A DNA stretch of 64,000 nt from Nemertoderma westbladi (taxonomy: Eukaryota; Animalia; Xenacoelomorpha), in NCBI GenBank assembly GCA_032718475.1, contig JAUCBJ010005935.1, positions 62,661-126,660 on the forward strand, in the 5' to 3' direction. Shown one piece after another: positions 14,101-27,000 of the stretch. The notes beneath the pieces are model-generated. The model ran no database searches. It saw nothing but the letters and a program-made list of their open reading frames with translations, and had not been told where the DNA came from. Each line of letters starts with the position of its first letter. Position 1 is the stretch's first letter. A program made the translations under genes and the position numbers.

Positions 14101-17100
14101 TGTAGTTGTTGATTCAATGCAGTCTACAATGATATTTACTGAACCATAACTTTTACAGTTGTTGTTAGAAAACTTAAGTTGCAAATAAAACTCTTTGGTA
14201 TCGAAACAGTCAAGCTCTTTCATCAATAGTATCTTATAGTCTTTTACAGCGAAATAATTGTTCTTTGGATCAGGGATTATGAGATAAACAGATGGCAGTT
14301 TTCCTTGAAATATTGCTGATATATCCAATAATGATGTTGATATTTGTGAATTATCTGGAATAGATAATTCAGTATGTAGTGAAGGTATATCACAGCATGG
14401 GCGGGGAAGTTTTGTTGTACAAGGTGTTGGAGTAGGTGTTGTTAAAATAGCTGGGCATGATGTCGCTTTATATGTTGTTGGACAAGATACCGGAGTAGTT
14501 GTAGTTGTGGATTCAATGCAGTCTATTATGATATTTACTGATCCATAACTATTACAGTTGTTGTTGGAGAATTTAAATTGTAAATAGAACTCTTTGGTAT
14601 CAAAACAGTCAAGCTCTTTCTTCAAAATTATCATATAATCTTTTAAAGCAAAATAATTGTTCTTTGGATCTGGATTTATGAGATAAACAGATGGCAGTTC
14701 TCCTTGAAATATTGCCGATATATCCAATAATGATGTTGATATTGGTGAATTATCTGGAATAGATAATTCAGCATGTAGTGAAGGAATATCACAGCATGGG
14801 CGGGGAAGTTTTGTTGTACAAGGTGTTGGAGTAGGTGTTGTTAAAATAGCTGGGCATGATGTCGCTTTATATGTTGTTGGACAAGATACCGGAGTAGTTG
14901 TAGTTGTGGATTCAATGCAGTCTATTATGATATTTACTGATCCATAACTATTACAGTTGTTGTTGGAGAATTTAAATTGTAAATAGAACTCTTTGGTATC
15001 AAAACAGTCAAGCTCTTTCTTCAAAATTATCATATAATCTTTTAAAGCAAAATAATTGTTCTTTGGATCTGGATTTATGAGATAAACAGATGGCAGTTCT
15101 CCTTGAAATATTGCCGATATATCCAATAATGATGTTGATATTGGTGAATTATCTGGAATAGATAATTCAGCATGTAGTGAAGGAATATCACAGCAAGGGC
15201 GGGGAAGTTTTGTTGTACAAGGTGTTGGAGTAGGTGTTGTTAAAATAGCTGGGCATGATGTCGCTTTATATGTTGTTGGACAAGATACCGGAGTAGTTGT
15301 AGTTGTGGATTCAATGCAGTCTATTATGATATTTACTGATCCATAACTATTACAGTTGTTGTTGGAGAATTTAAATTGTAAATAGAACTCTTTGGTATCA
15401 AAACAGTCAAGCTCTTTCTTCAAAATTATCATATAATCTTTTAAAGCAAAATAATTGTTCTTTGGATCTGGATTTATGAGATAAACAGATGGCAGTTCTC
15501 CTTGAAATATTGCCGATATATCCAATAATGATGTTGATATTGGTGAATTATCTGGAATAGATAATTCAGCATGTAGTGAAGGTATATCACAGCATGGGCG
15601 GGGAAGTTTTGTTGTACAAGGTGTTGGAGTAGGTGTTGTTAAAATAGCTGGGCATGATGTCGCTTTATATGTTGTTGGACAAGATACCGGAGTAGTTGTA
15701 GTTGTGGATTCAATGCAGTCTATTATGATATTTACTGATCCATAACTATTACAGTTGTTGTTGGAGAATTTAAATTGTAAATAGAACTCTTTGGTATCAA
15801 AACAGTCAAGCTCTTTCTTCAAAATTATCATATAATCTTTTAAAGCAAAATAATTGTTCTTTGGATCTGGATTTATGAGATAAACAGATGGCAGTTCTCC
15901 TTGAAATATTGCCGATATATCCAATAATGATGTTGATATTGGTGAATTATCTGGAATAGATAATTCAGCATGTAGTGAAGGAATATCACAGCAAGGGCGG
16001 GGAAGTTTTGTTGTATATGGGGTTGGTGTAGGTGTCGTGAATGTAGCTGGGCATGATGTCGCTTTATATGTTGTTGGACAAGATACTGGAGTTGTTGTAG
16101 TTGTTGATTCAATGCAGTCTATTATGACATTTACTGATCCATAACTATTGCAGTTATTATTTGAGAATTTAAGTTGTAAATAGAACTCTTTGGTATCGAA
16201 ACAGTCAAGCTCTTTCTTCAAAATTATCATATAATCTTTTATAGCAATATAATTGTTCTTTGGATCAGGGTTTATGAGATAAACAGATGGCAGTTTTCCT
16301 TGAAATACTGCTGATATGTCCAATAATGATGTTGATGTTAGTGAATTATCTGGAATAGATAATTCAGCATGTAGTGAAGGTATATCACAGCAAGGGCGGG
16401 GAAGTATTGTTGTACAAGGTGTTGGAGTAGGTGTTGTTAAAATAGCTGGGCATGATGTCGCTTGATATGTAGTTGGACAAGATACAGGTGTTGTGGTAGT
16501 TGTTGATTCAATGCAGTCTATTATGATATTGACAGAACCGTAACTATTGCAGTTATTGTTTGAGAATTTAAGTTGTAAATAAAATTCTTTGGTATCGAAA
16601 CAGTCAAGCTCTTTCTTCAGAATTATTATGTAGTCTTTTATAGCAAAATAATTATTCCTTGGATCAGGGTTTATGAGATAAACAGATGGCAGTTTTCCTT
16701 GAAATACTGCTGATATGTCCAATAATGATGTTGATATTGGTGAATTATCTGGAATAGATAATTCAGCATGTAGTGAAGGTATATCACAGCAAGGGCGGGG
16801 AAGTTTTGTTGCACAAGGTGTTGGAGTAGGTGTTGTTAAAATAGCTGGGCATGATGTTGCTTTATAGGTAGTTGGACAAGATACAGGTGTTGTGGTAGTT
16901 GTTGATTCAATGCAGTCTATTATGACATTTACTGATCCATAACTATTACAGTTGTTGTTGGAAAATTTAAGTTGTAAATAAAACTCTTTGGTATCGAAAC
17001 AGTCAAGCTCTTTCTTCAAAATTATCATATAATCTTTTATAGCAAAATAATTGTTCTTTGGATCTGGATTTATGAGATAAACAGATGGCAGTTCTCCTTG

Positions 17101-18093
17101 AAATATTGCCGATATATCCAATAATGATGTTGATATTGGTGAATTATCTGGAATAGATAATTCAACATGGAGTGAAGGTATATCACAGCATGGGCGGGGA
17201 AGTTTTGTTGTATATGGTGTTGGTGTAGGTGTTGTGAATGTAGCTGGGCATGATGTCGCTTTATATGTTGTTGGACAAGATACTGGAGTTGTTGTAGTTG
17301 TTGATTCAATGCAGTCTATTATGACATTGACTGATCCATAACTATTGCAGTCATTGTTTGAGAATTTAAGTTGTAAATAAAACTCTTTGGTATCAAAACA
17401 GTCAAGCTCTTTCTTCAAAATTATCATGTAATCTTTTATTTCAAAATAATTGTTCTTTGGATCAGGGTTTATGAGATAAACAGATGGCAGTTTTCCTTGA
17501 AGTACTTCCGATATGTCCAATAATGATGTCGATATTGGTGAAGTATCTGGAATTTTTAATTCAACATGTAGTGAAGGTATATCACAGCATGGGCGGGGGA
17601 GTTTAGTTGTATATGGGGTTGGTGTAGGTGTTGTGATAGTAGCAGGACATGATGTCGCTTTATATGTAGTTGGACACGACACTGGCATATGTGTTGTTGT
17701 AATTTCTTTTCCGCATTCAACGTTGATCTTCATGGAGCCATGCTGGAGGCAATTTCCATTTTTAAATGACAGTTGAAGATATATGTCATTAATGTCATGG
17801 CAATCGAGTTCTCTTACTAAGATTAATCTATTGAATTGTATTTCAAAATACTTATGTTTAGGGTCTCTGTTTGTTATTTCTACACTGACTTCTGATTCTG
17901 GGAAATAGTCACCAAAATCCACAATTGTGGATAGGCCATAGCTATCAGGCACAGTGACTTCTGCGTTCAGTGTGGGGATGTGGCAACAGATAGGTGGTTG
18001 TGAAGTTGGGCATGGTGTAGGTACAATCACTGTCCCAGGTGCTTTGATATTCACTACCATAAACCCACTGCTTGGTGGTTCTAACGACTCTGC
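1..18093 (-). CDS. Cadherin exon 17: giant repeat-coding exon, at least 18,093 bp, truncated by window edge
   Basis: TTTTAG|GCA acceptor at 18093; same frame (AESLEPP...) at both ends and in every stretch I translated. The only length change seen among repeats is a 3-bp deletion. The ORF track reports no long ORF here, which is expected if there is no stop before base 1. Confidence 0.9.
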
Positions 18094-21000
18094 CTAAAAT
18101 ATAATATAAAAATTAAAATTATTTAGTGAACATCAATGTAACCTATATAAATAAAGTATATCTTACCATTATCATAATAAAATACCAGTATAATGCATCG
18201 TGCAATGCATCCCTTATTTAGAGAATATATAATTTTTAACTATTGTCTGAGGAAATAAATGAATGTTGGTTAAAATTGTGAATAGTATGGTATTGTACCA
18301 CCAATATATCTATCTATATTATTCAACAACTGAACAAGAACAACACGTTATGATAACAAACAATTAAACTATAACAGTAACGTAGAACAAGCGGTAAATC
18401 TCCCCCACAACCTGCAGACCTGCAACCCTTCACTGATCTGCTCTCGCCTAACGGTACTTTTCATGTAGTCTGTCCGTTCTCTCTCCCTAGTTCCATAGAG
18501 GGCGAGCCAAGTACCTTACTTTCTTCCACTACCTATTTATACTACATATGGTGAGTATAGATGTATTATTTGTAATTTATATAATATGAAAAATAACTCT
18601 ATTGTGAGCGCATTGAAATTGAAAGATGAAGAAGATTGCTGAACAACATCTCCAGTTTTATCAAAGCTGTCCATGTTAATATTTCTCTTAAACCGCACAT
18701 TATGGAATATCTTGTTTTCACACTGATCTGTTTTACATAAAAGTTTAGGGATGGGGTACCAGTTTTGCACCTCCCATGCAAAATGCCATGCACAACTTAT
18801 GCAGACTTGATTTTAAGCATGGTGGTATGCGGTAAGTTTTTGTTGACATCGAAATTGAGAAGATTCGTCTTTCCAGAATAAATTGAGAGGGGAGAACTTA
18901 AGGAAAGGGCAGGAAAGGAATTGAATTGAGTCAGAAAAATATACAACTTTGTTGTCCATAAGAGCTTGGTGTATATTTGACATCCGACAAGTCCTAATAA
19001 AGACACTTCATATAAGCCACAGTACTTATCTATAAAGGTCCATTGGCTTTTAAACGATTAAGTATGAGAAAGCTTTCACTTTCACATTTAGGCGATATAG
19101 ACTGAATAAAAAATGGCGACATCAACAGAAGTAACAACTGTAGATTGATTGCATAATGCAATTATAGTGTAGTGTGCTAATTTCCACCTTAAAACTTCCA
19201 ACTTAAACTAGGAGTGTTGGTTTATTTTTACAGTAGCGCTGTGTTTATGGTGATACAAGTCAATTTTTTTTTTAAGTTAAGTAAGCAGTGTTGCAACACT
19301 ACCTCATTGTATTCGATATGAAGTTACTATTATGATTAATTTGATCAAATTGATTTATTTTTGCTCCATAGCATTTACAAAGAGTGTTCGAATCTAATGT
19401 GTTTACTAACACTTAATTGGTCTCAATGATCTCAAGTTATTCTACATGAATCATGTTATCACGCCCTTTCCACAATAATTTATATTCAACCAACAACCAA
19501 ACTGCTTGTACGACATCCTAAGGCTACAACTACTCAGGTGGTAATTCCAATCCTAAATCATCGCGAGTACTCATCGATTCTACCTGAAGTACAAACTCGT
19601 TCATCTACACACCAACCTTCACTGTTATAGCAACATCGCTGACCAACGCTTCATTTAGAGTTATCTGTCCATTGTCTTTATTAATTTGTATCCCCGTGGT
19701 AGCAGTTGGAAATACTATAATATTAACAAATACCTTAATAAAAAAGACCTGTCAAAATTCAGAAAGAATCTAAAAAAACAATAAATATATAAATCCAGAA
19801 TACTTTCTTTGACATAGTTAAAAATTAATTGAAGGTTAATATTATGTTAGACACTGATATGAATCAATATTTGGCATAATTGACCAACAGATGAACCAGA
19901 GAATATCTTGTATACACAAACAATAACTAATCAATCGCGCAGTAACCTTCACTACTTCACTCTCACCCGAAGCAATGGAATAGGTGACTCCAGTTCCAGT
20001 AGCTTTGATCTCAGTAACTGTGTCACCCGTCGTTAAACTTTTGTAAGTATCAATGTTTGCCGGCAATATCAACGTCTCATCATATATTGCTTCATAGGTT
20101 ACAGCGCACCTAGAATGTATAAGAATCAGTTTTATTTATCCCTTACATGGATACCTGAATATTCCAGGAACTCATATACACTTAAAATATAATTTGTAAA
20201 ATTGTCAAGAAAAAATTTAACAAGATACCTTTTTATACTCTTAATGTAGTTATGTAAGCTATGTACGCAGTACAAGAGACACATCCATGGGATGCTAAAT
20301 ATAGACAGAACCGCGTTATTAGTGTTATTTTTCGACCCAAAATATTTTTTAATAAAGTGGTAAGTATATAGTATAGCAAGCTCTGAAAAAATTGAAGCTA
20401 ATTCGTCCAGAGAGTTCTCGAGGTATAATCGATCAAAGTTTACATATTTGCCAACAAAAAAACTGGGCTGGGGTGATTTAAGAAATTGGGACAAATAAGC
20501 TGGTTGCTCTCAAAGGAAAGAAAGAAATCGAGAAATATGAATAATCAGCAGGATTTTGACCGCTGCTACTTTTTTCACCAGAATAATGTTGAACTAGATA
20601 TGAAATCCGATTTCAAGCTCAATTTCAAGTTCCTGCTGGGCAACCAAAACAGGTGATATAGACTCAACTGTAGGCTGTATCCCATGTCGGTCTGCTTGTA
20701 AAACCAGAATTATAACTAAAAACTTGGATTCCCCTGGCAGGTCGTAATGTGAATTAATCATTGGATATCCTTGTTGCTCATGTAGCTTTACTACCTAGAA
20801 TCTTCGATTCAGGGATCTGCTGAAGACCTCCCCAAATTCGAAAGGGTAAGGCATGTTCTACATTAGATAATCTAATAAATTGGAACGTAATGCTGTAAAT
20901 TTTTATTATTTGCCATTATTTTACATCATTAAATAATCTATCAATGATTTAGAAATCACAGGCAGTAACACTTCCTCTGATGGTGAAATTATTAAGGGAA

Positions 21001-24000
21001 GCATTAAATCCAGTGCTGCATTACTGTAAATTTTAAACACTTACCTAAGCAAACCAGTTGGACAGGTTCCGAATTGGAGAGACAAAGTTTCACCTGGTTC
21101 TCGAATGTTAATTGTAACAGAGGTTGTAGCACTATTACCAAAGGAATCCTGTGATAATATATTTATGTTTGGTTTAATATTCATGTTTATATTCGGTTAA
21201 CTAATTAATATGTATAAAATGTTACAATAGTGATAATAATAATAATAATTATATAAACACATTAACACTAAAATAATTAATAATTAGTTCTTTAATACTA
21301 TGAATATCTAACCTGAGCTATGACTTGCAGAACCCTTTGACCCGGTGAGGTAAACATCTCTGAGGAACGAATGATTCCCGTTCTGAAATACAGTATGAAT
21401 TAGACAATTCAATGGCACTAACACTACATATAACACTACTGCATGTATAAAATAAACTATTATGTGAAGAAACCTTTGCACCGTAGCGGGAAGAGTGGTA
21501 GATCTATACTGGCGAATAGTCGCTTCTATAAATCAACCACTCATTTTTAAATTAACTATATTGACGCTAATATACTAAACTTAGCTTTATGTGATGGACA
21601 TAGAATAAAGATAAATAGATAAATAAATAGATGGTAATGATAGGCATAGGCACTACAGTATGACCACAGGTCCAGTAATATCACTTGCAACATGACTTAC
21701 TCTTGGTCGATTACAAAACCAGTCGCGCTTCCCGCACCGAGGCTATATGTAACATCGGCCCCAGGTTCAACTGTAACGACAGTAGCTATGGTTTCTGATG
21801 GTTCACCAGTTGCTATGGTAACGGGTAATGTTCCTTGTATAACAGAGAATGTTGGTGTGTAGGCATTTACAGTGACAACAGCAAAAGATTGACTGAAAGA
21901 TAGAAAACATATCATTCAATACACGAAGCTACCTTCGACATTGATATCGAGAATGGCAACGACTCCTACAACTATATGTCCTGCAACAAAGCCCATCCTA
22001 AGCCAGTTAAAAATTAAAAGTATTAGAATTAAACATTATCATTATTTTAATATCTAAAAGACATTAAAAATAAAAAATAAGGACAGAATTTTGTAATTAT
22101 AAATAAAATAAAGATCAGCTTCTGAAGAATTTCATTAAAATCATCCTATAGAATGAGTCAAAGGGGGGTAGGCCTCTATCTCGATTAGTGCTGCATGAGT
22201 AGCATAATTATTATTTTACTATTAAAATATCAGCCGTCACTCACCTTGGTACCACAGAACCAGTTTCTTCTGCTCTAACCAGTAATACATACTGACTCCC
22301 AGACTGTATTGCTGAGGCTTTCATTCCCTCTGTCGTTATAGAAACCTGACCTGATCCGTCGACTTCAAACAAAGTTGCACCGTTGTTGGACACAAATGGA
22401 AGGCTGTATGCGATTGGGTTGGTCTTCGTATCTTCATCGCTAGCAGAGACCTGTGAAAAACGATAAAGCAGATAATGCATGCATTATATGCTGATCCGAT
22501 GTGCTTATCAGATATGCGCCTTTCATCCACTGGGGTCGATAAAATGAGTACCAGTTAAATAACTGGGAGCAAATCTTGGGATAGGAGTAGCGCCCACCCC
22601 TACCCTCGGGTAGCAGCTATCGAAAGAGGAGCCTTCGGGTCGCCTCCGGCTTCGGCCGACTGTTTGCTTTTGCTTGTTTGCTATGCTTAGGAATGCATGC
22701 ATATAGGACCGACCTCTGAAAGTAAAGAGCAAGGAGGTACTGTACCATCATTATTAAGATTATTTAATACTGCAGCATCAAACCACACATTAAGGAAAAT
22801 CAAATCTATTGTTACTATAAATTTTGCAGCAACTAATCTCTCAGTCAATATTACCCTGTTGTATAAGGTGACTCACCTTCACTACTCCGTTCTGATTGGG
22901 TACACCGTTTGTAGTCAGGATTATTGCAGCGGTATATTGGCTGTCTGGCACGAACTTTGGAGGCGTCTCATTAATGTCTGTTACTGTAACTGCCACTTGA
23001 GTTGACTCACTTCTACCCTGGTCATCAGTGACTGTCACCTAAACAAGTACCATATGATAGATGCAGTAGTTGGTAGATTGGGGGTTGCCCTGGCCTGGGG
23101 ATATAGGTTGATTGCATGGATACTAATGGAGTGCAGTAGATTGGCCGTGTGGAGCCCTGCAGTTAGTCGCTTATTGCTATTGGTTGCATTCCCAATCATA
23201 TACTACTATTGTGCTAACAAGTTGTAACATTATTGTTTCATATTTTATGTGTATTTACCTAATTATCAGGTTGTAGGGAGTTCGGCTGGTAGTAGTAACG
23301 GGCATATAGGGGCTCTACATAGTGGTTTGCGGGTAACTCTGTCAGAGGTGGAAGGAAGTGGTATGTTGTATTGTTTTCATCATTTTTATGCATTTTATTG
23401 TTAGAGACAGAACCAAAAATACTATTGTCTCATTTTTAACAACTGAACTACACAGTGATAGGGGCGGACAATCACATAGAGCACGGAATCAATGCTGTGC
23501 TAATGTTTATAGATTGATGAAACCAAAAAAAATCTTGCACTCTCAAACCCTAAGATTGGGAAAATTGATCAGATAGGGAGTAACAAGTGGCCGCGGCCGG
23601 TAATATTCATATTATAACTAATTGTGGGGCGAGCCACGAAGTTGGCGGAGCCTTAGCGAATTGACACTGTTAGGGGGTGGGTCAATTTATGCAAATAGTT
23701 GTCGTCGTCGTCGTCGTCGTCGTTGTCGTCGTCGTCGTTGTCGTCGTCGTTACGATTTTGACATGCTAATAACTTTGTCGGATTTAAAGCTGCCAAGTTG
23801 AAAATTTGTAGGTATCAATATGAGCAAAAGTTGAGATTTTTGAGAGACTTTCAGACACCATCAGTGCAATGGTCTCCCGCTAGAGGGCCACATGTCTAAA
23901 CATTAAATGCCCTCCCATTTCTTTGCTTTTAATCCGTTTAAGCTGAAACTTGGCAGATATGTATTAGACCATTAGCTGTGACTTTCAAAGGAGGCGAATC

Positions 24001-27000
24001 CATCTGCAGTTCTCCAGTCTGCCGCTAGAGGGCCAACGTGACTATTTGCATAAATTGACCTACCCCCTAACAGTGTCAATTCGCTAAGGCTCTGCCAACT
24101 TCGTGCTGCGCGAAGTCCCCACTTCGTGTACTGTTATATATAATATATATATAATTATGAGATGAGTTTTTTTTGAGGAATAGATAATTGGATTTATAAA
24201 TGTTTACTAAAATATTGTTTCTTAAATTCAATCACACTAAATGAGCTATTCAACGAAAGATAGATGTAGCCAGTTAAAATCAGTACTCCGGTATCAAGGC
24301 CAATGCCATGACCGATATTATCTAGCACATGGGCGTGAAGAATACCAGGATTTCACTTTTCGGTCGACTTTTTATTGGAATTTTATATATTAAGAAGTTT
24401 TATTTTTTTAATTTATCTTTTATTAAGTGTTTTATAGCGCTTATTTCTGTCTTATATATAACCTATACTAATTTGTTTATTGTTTTTGTTAGATTCAGCC
24501 CTTCTTGTATCCTGTGTTTTTGGTTAAAACATGGTATTCTTCACAATGGCCATGGGGGTAACGGCAAAGTGAAATATAACGGCAGAAAGTCTGGTATTTT
24601 TCATATGGGCCGTTTACACACCGTTGTTTGCGGTTGTTTGATCACCTTGATCGATTTAAGGGGAAAGGGAAACTAACTTTATTTTTCAATATTTGTATTA
24701 ATAAATGAATACGCCTTGAAGTCGGCATGTTGTTGGCTGTTATATATTATTCTTGAGATTTGCAGGACTTTTACTTAACTCTATATTAAATTATTATAAA
24801 ATCATTTACCTGAATATTGAATGGATCGGGGGACGTCTCCTTATCTAGACTTCCCGAGAGGCTAAGAAGCACAGCTCCATTAACTTCAGTAGCAGTGAAT
24901 GGAGCGGTGCTTGGTGACACTGAGTATGTCCTATTAGGAACCTCGCCCTATAAATTAATAAATGGATGATTAAATGTTTGAAATATCGAAACAAAGTGGA
25001 CTATATAACCTACATGTTATCAAAATATATCATTGCCCCAATCTGTGTTACTTCTCACAGTCATCCTCCTGACACCGACCCCATCCCACCAGACTCGACA
25101 CGCAACCATCATTAATCCCGTTATGCGCTCTTAGCTCGTTCGTCTTTATTGTTAAATTAAAGCGTAGATGTAACTAAATGTTGCGATGGGTGTGAGAGAT
25201 AAAGAAAAAATAAATAGCGTATTCATTATATTTTTTTACTGATAATGTTCTCTATCTATCACATTTAATAATCGTTTTACTCACTTTTTTGTTTTTTGTT
25301 TTCAATTCATGTTTCAATTTTTTCCGTCTGAGAAAAACGTCAGAGAAACTTATCAAAATGACCCAAGAAACGGCCAGGCGAAAACTGTACTTTAAGGCCA
25401 TTATTCGTAAATTATACTACGTTAAGTGGTTTTAATATTCGAAGAAACGTCATGATTTTATAACGTAAGATGTTTTTTTAAATGCAAAAACATTATGCTA
25501 TTGGACTATATATAACGTATAATTTGTTTGGAGAAACCAACAAATAAGCCCATTTTTCAGAAATGTTCTAACCACATTCACCAAAATGTGATTTTTAATG
25601 CATTCAGCTAAAAGCTATATTTTTTTTTATATAGTAACCTGTTAATAAATAATTTAATTTATATCTTACAGGCATTAGTTTGTCCGCGTCTGTTAAAGTG
25701 AGTAACAGTGTCCGTTTTGTGGTCCCATCAATAAGTGTTGTCCCTAATGGGGAATTCTCCGGAATAACCCCGGCGAAAGAAGGTGAGCTGAAAACGGTTG
25801 GAAATTCGTTCACGCCGTTTATGTTGATCGAGATTTGGGCTCGACGATAGAAACCTTCTTGGTTGTTTAACGGATTCACCTCTAACGCCTAAAATATATA
25901 CAAAAAATAATTTTACAAACAGCTCGGAAATGGTGATGTATAGAAATGTAACTTTCCTATTCATTTAATATACTTGGCAGCGTGTATCTTCAGTAACAGC
26001 GGTGTATCATGCTCGACACTTGAACGGATCCGCCTCCACTTTGCAGGACATTGCTTTCGCCGTGACGAATAGCCAGTGCATAATCTTGCGCTTTGGCGGC
26101 CTCATGAAGTGAATAAGCATGGTGGACAGCCCATGACTTTCTTGAGACGCATCTTAAAGGACACTGGCCTTGAAGATGCGGATAATCTAGCGAAATTCGT
26201 GGGTGCTAGGAAGTTGTGTCGCGTAAGTTTGACGCCAAGCCGGCAAAACTTACTTCATATATACTGTATGTAATATATATAATGCCGCTGCAATGCAGCA
26301 TGCCGTCAGTCACACTTAGACATAATTCTAAATAAAATGAAGGATAATAGAGACTCTGAAACTGAAACAATATAACAATCACCAACCTTTACGTAAAACA
26401 CCATATTCTGGAATACTTCTCTGTCTATTGACTCTTTCACTTCCAACTGAATTCCACGATTTTGTGAGGAATCGGTAGAAATTTCTTTTACGCTAAAATA
26501 TCTATTGATTTGATCGGCAGTTAATCTGTTATCGTCAGTGACCCCTGTGACAATAAATAAACGGTGAACGGTAGGAATTGCTATACCGGTATACAAATTA
26601 TTGATCGGAATATTAACCTGTTACAGCGATTAGTGTAGGCCTATATAATATGTTAAACATTTATAATAATTTGTTTATGATACTTACCAGGAATTAGGGA
26701 GTAACGAATATTAACTTTTGTTTTCAAGTCAATGTCAGGATCGACCGCGTAGATAATCCTACCATCCAGATTTCCGTTTACTCCGTTTACGCTGAATGTT
26801 TCAATAGTTGTTGGACCAGATCCTTCAGTAATTGTAGCTTGGTACTTGAAGTAAAGTTCATTGGCGTCTATCAAATAAGTATAATTAATTAGCTGCATGA
26901 AAAATCAAATCATAACAATTCATAAAAAAAACTACAGTCTTAATCATTAAAAACTTATTATAACTTTTTGTTGGGCGCTGCTTTTGCAAAGTCGGCAATG

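Noticed and set aside
494-17776. Array of ~75-aa plus-strand ORFs (MSNNDV...) as a tandem small-gene family
   Set aside because: They are antisense shadows of the minus-strand exon. Several copies carry stops on the plus strand while the minus frame stays open and encodes recognisable domains.
18537-19100. Short minus-strand ORFs as extra cadherin exons
   Set aside because: No cadherin motifs, and exon 16 joins the giant exon in phase without them. Possibly decayed retroelement sequence that I cannot assign.
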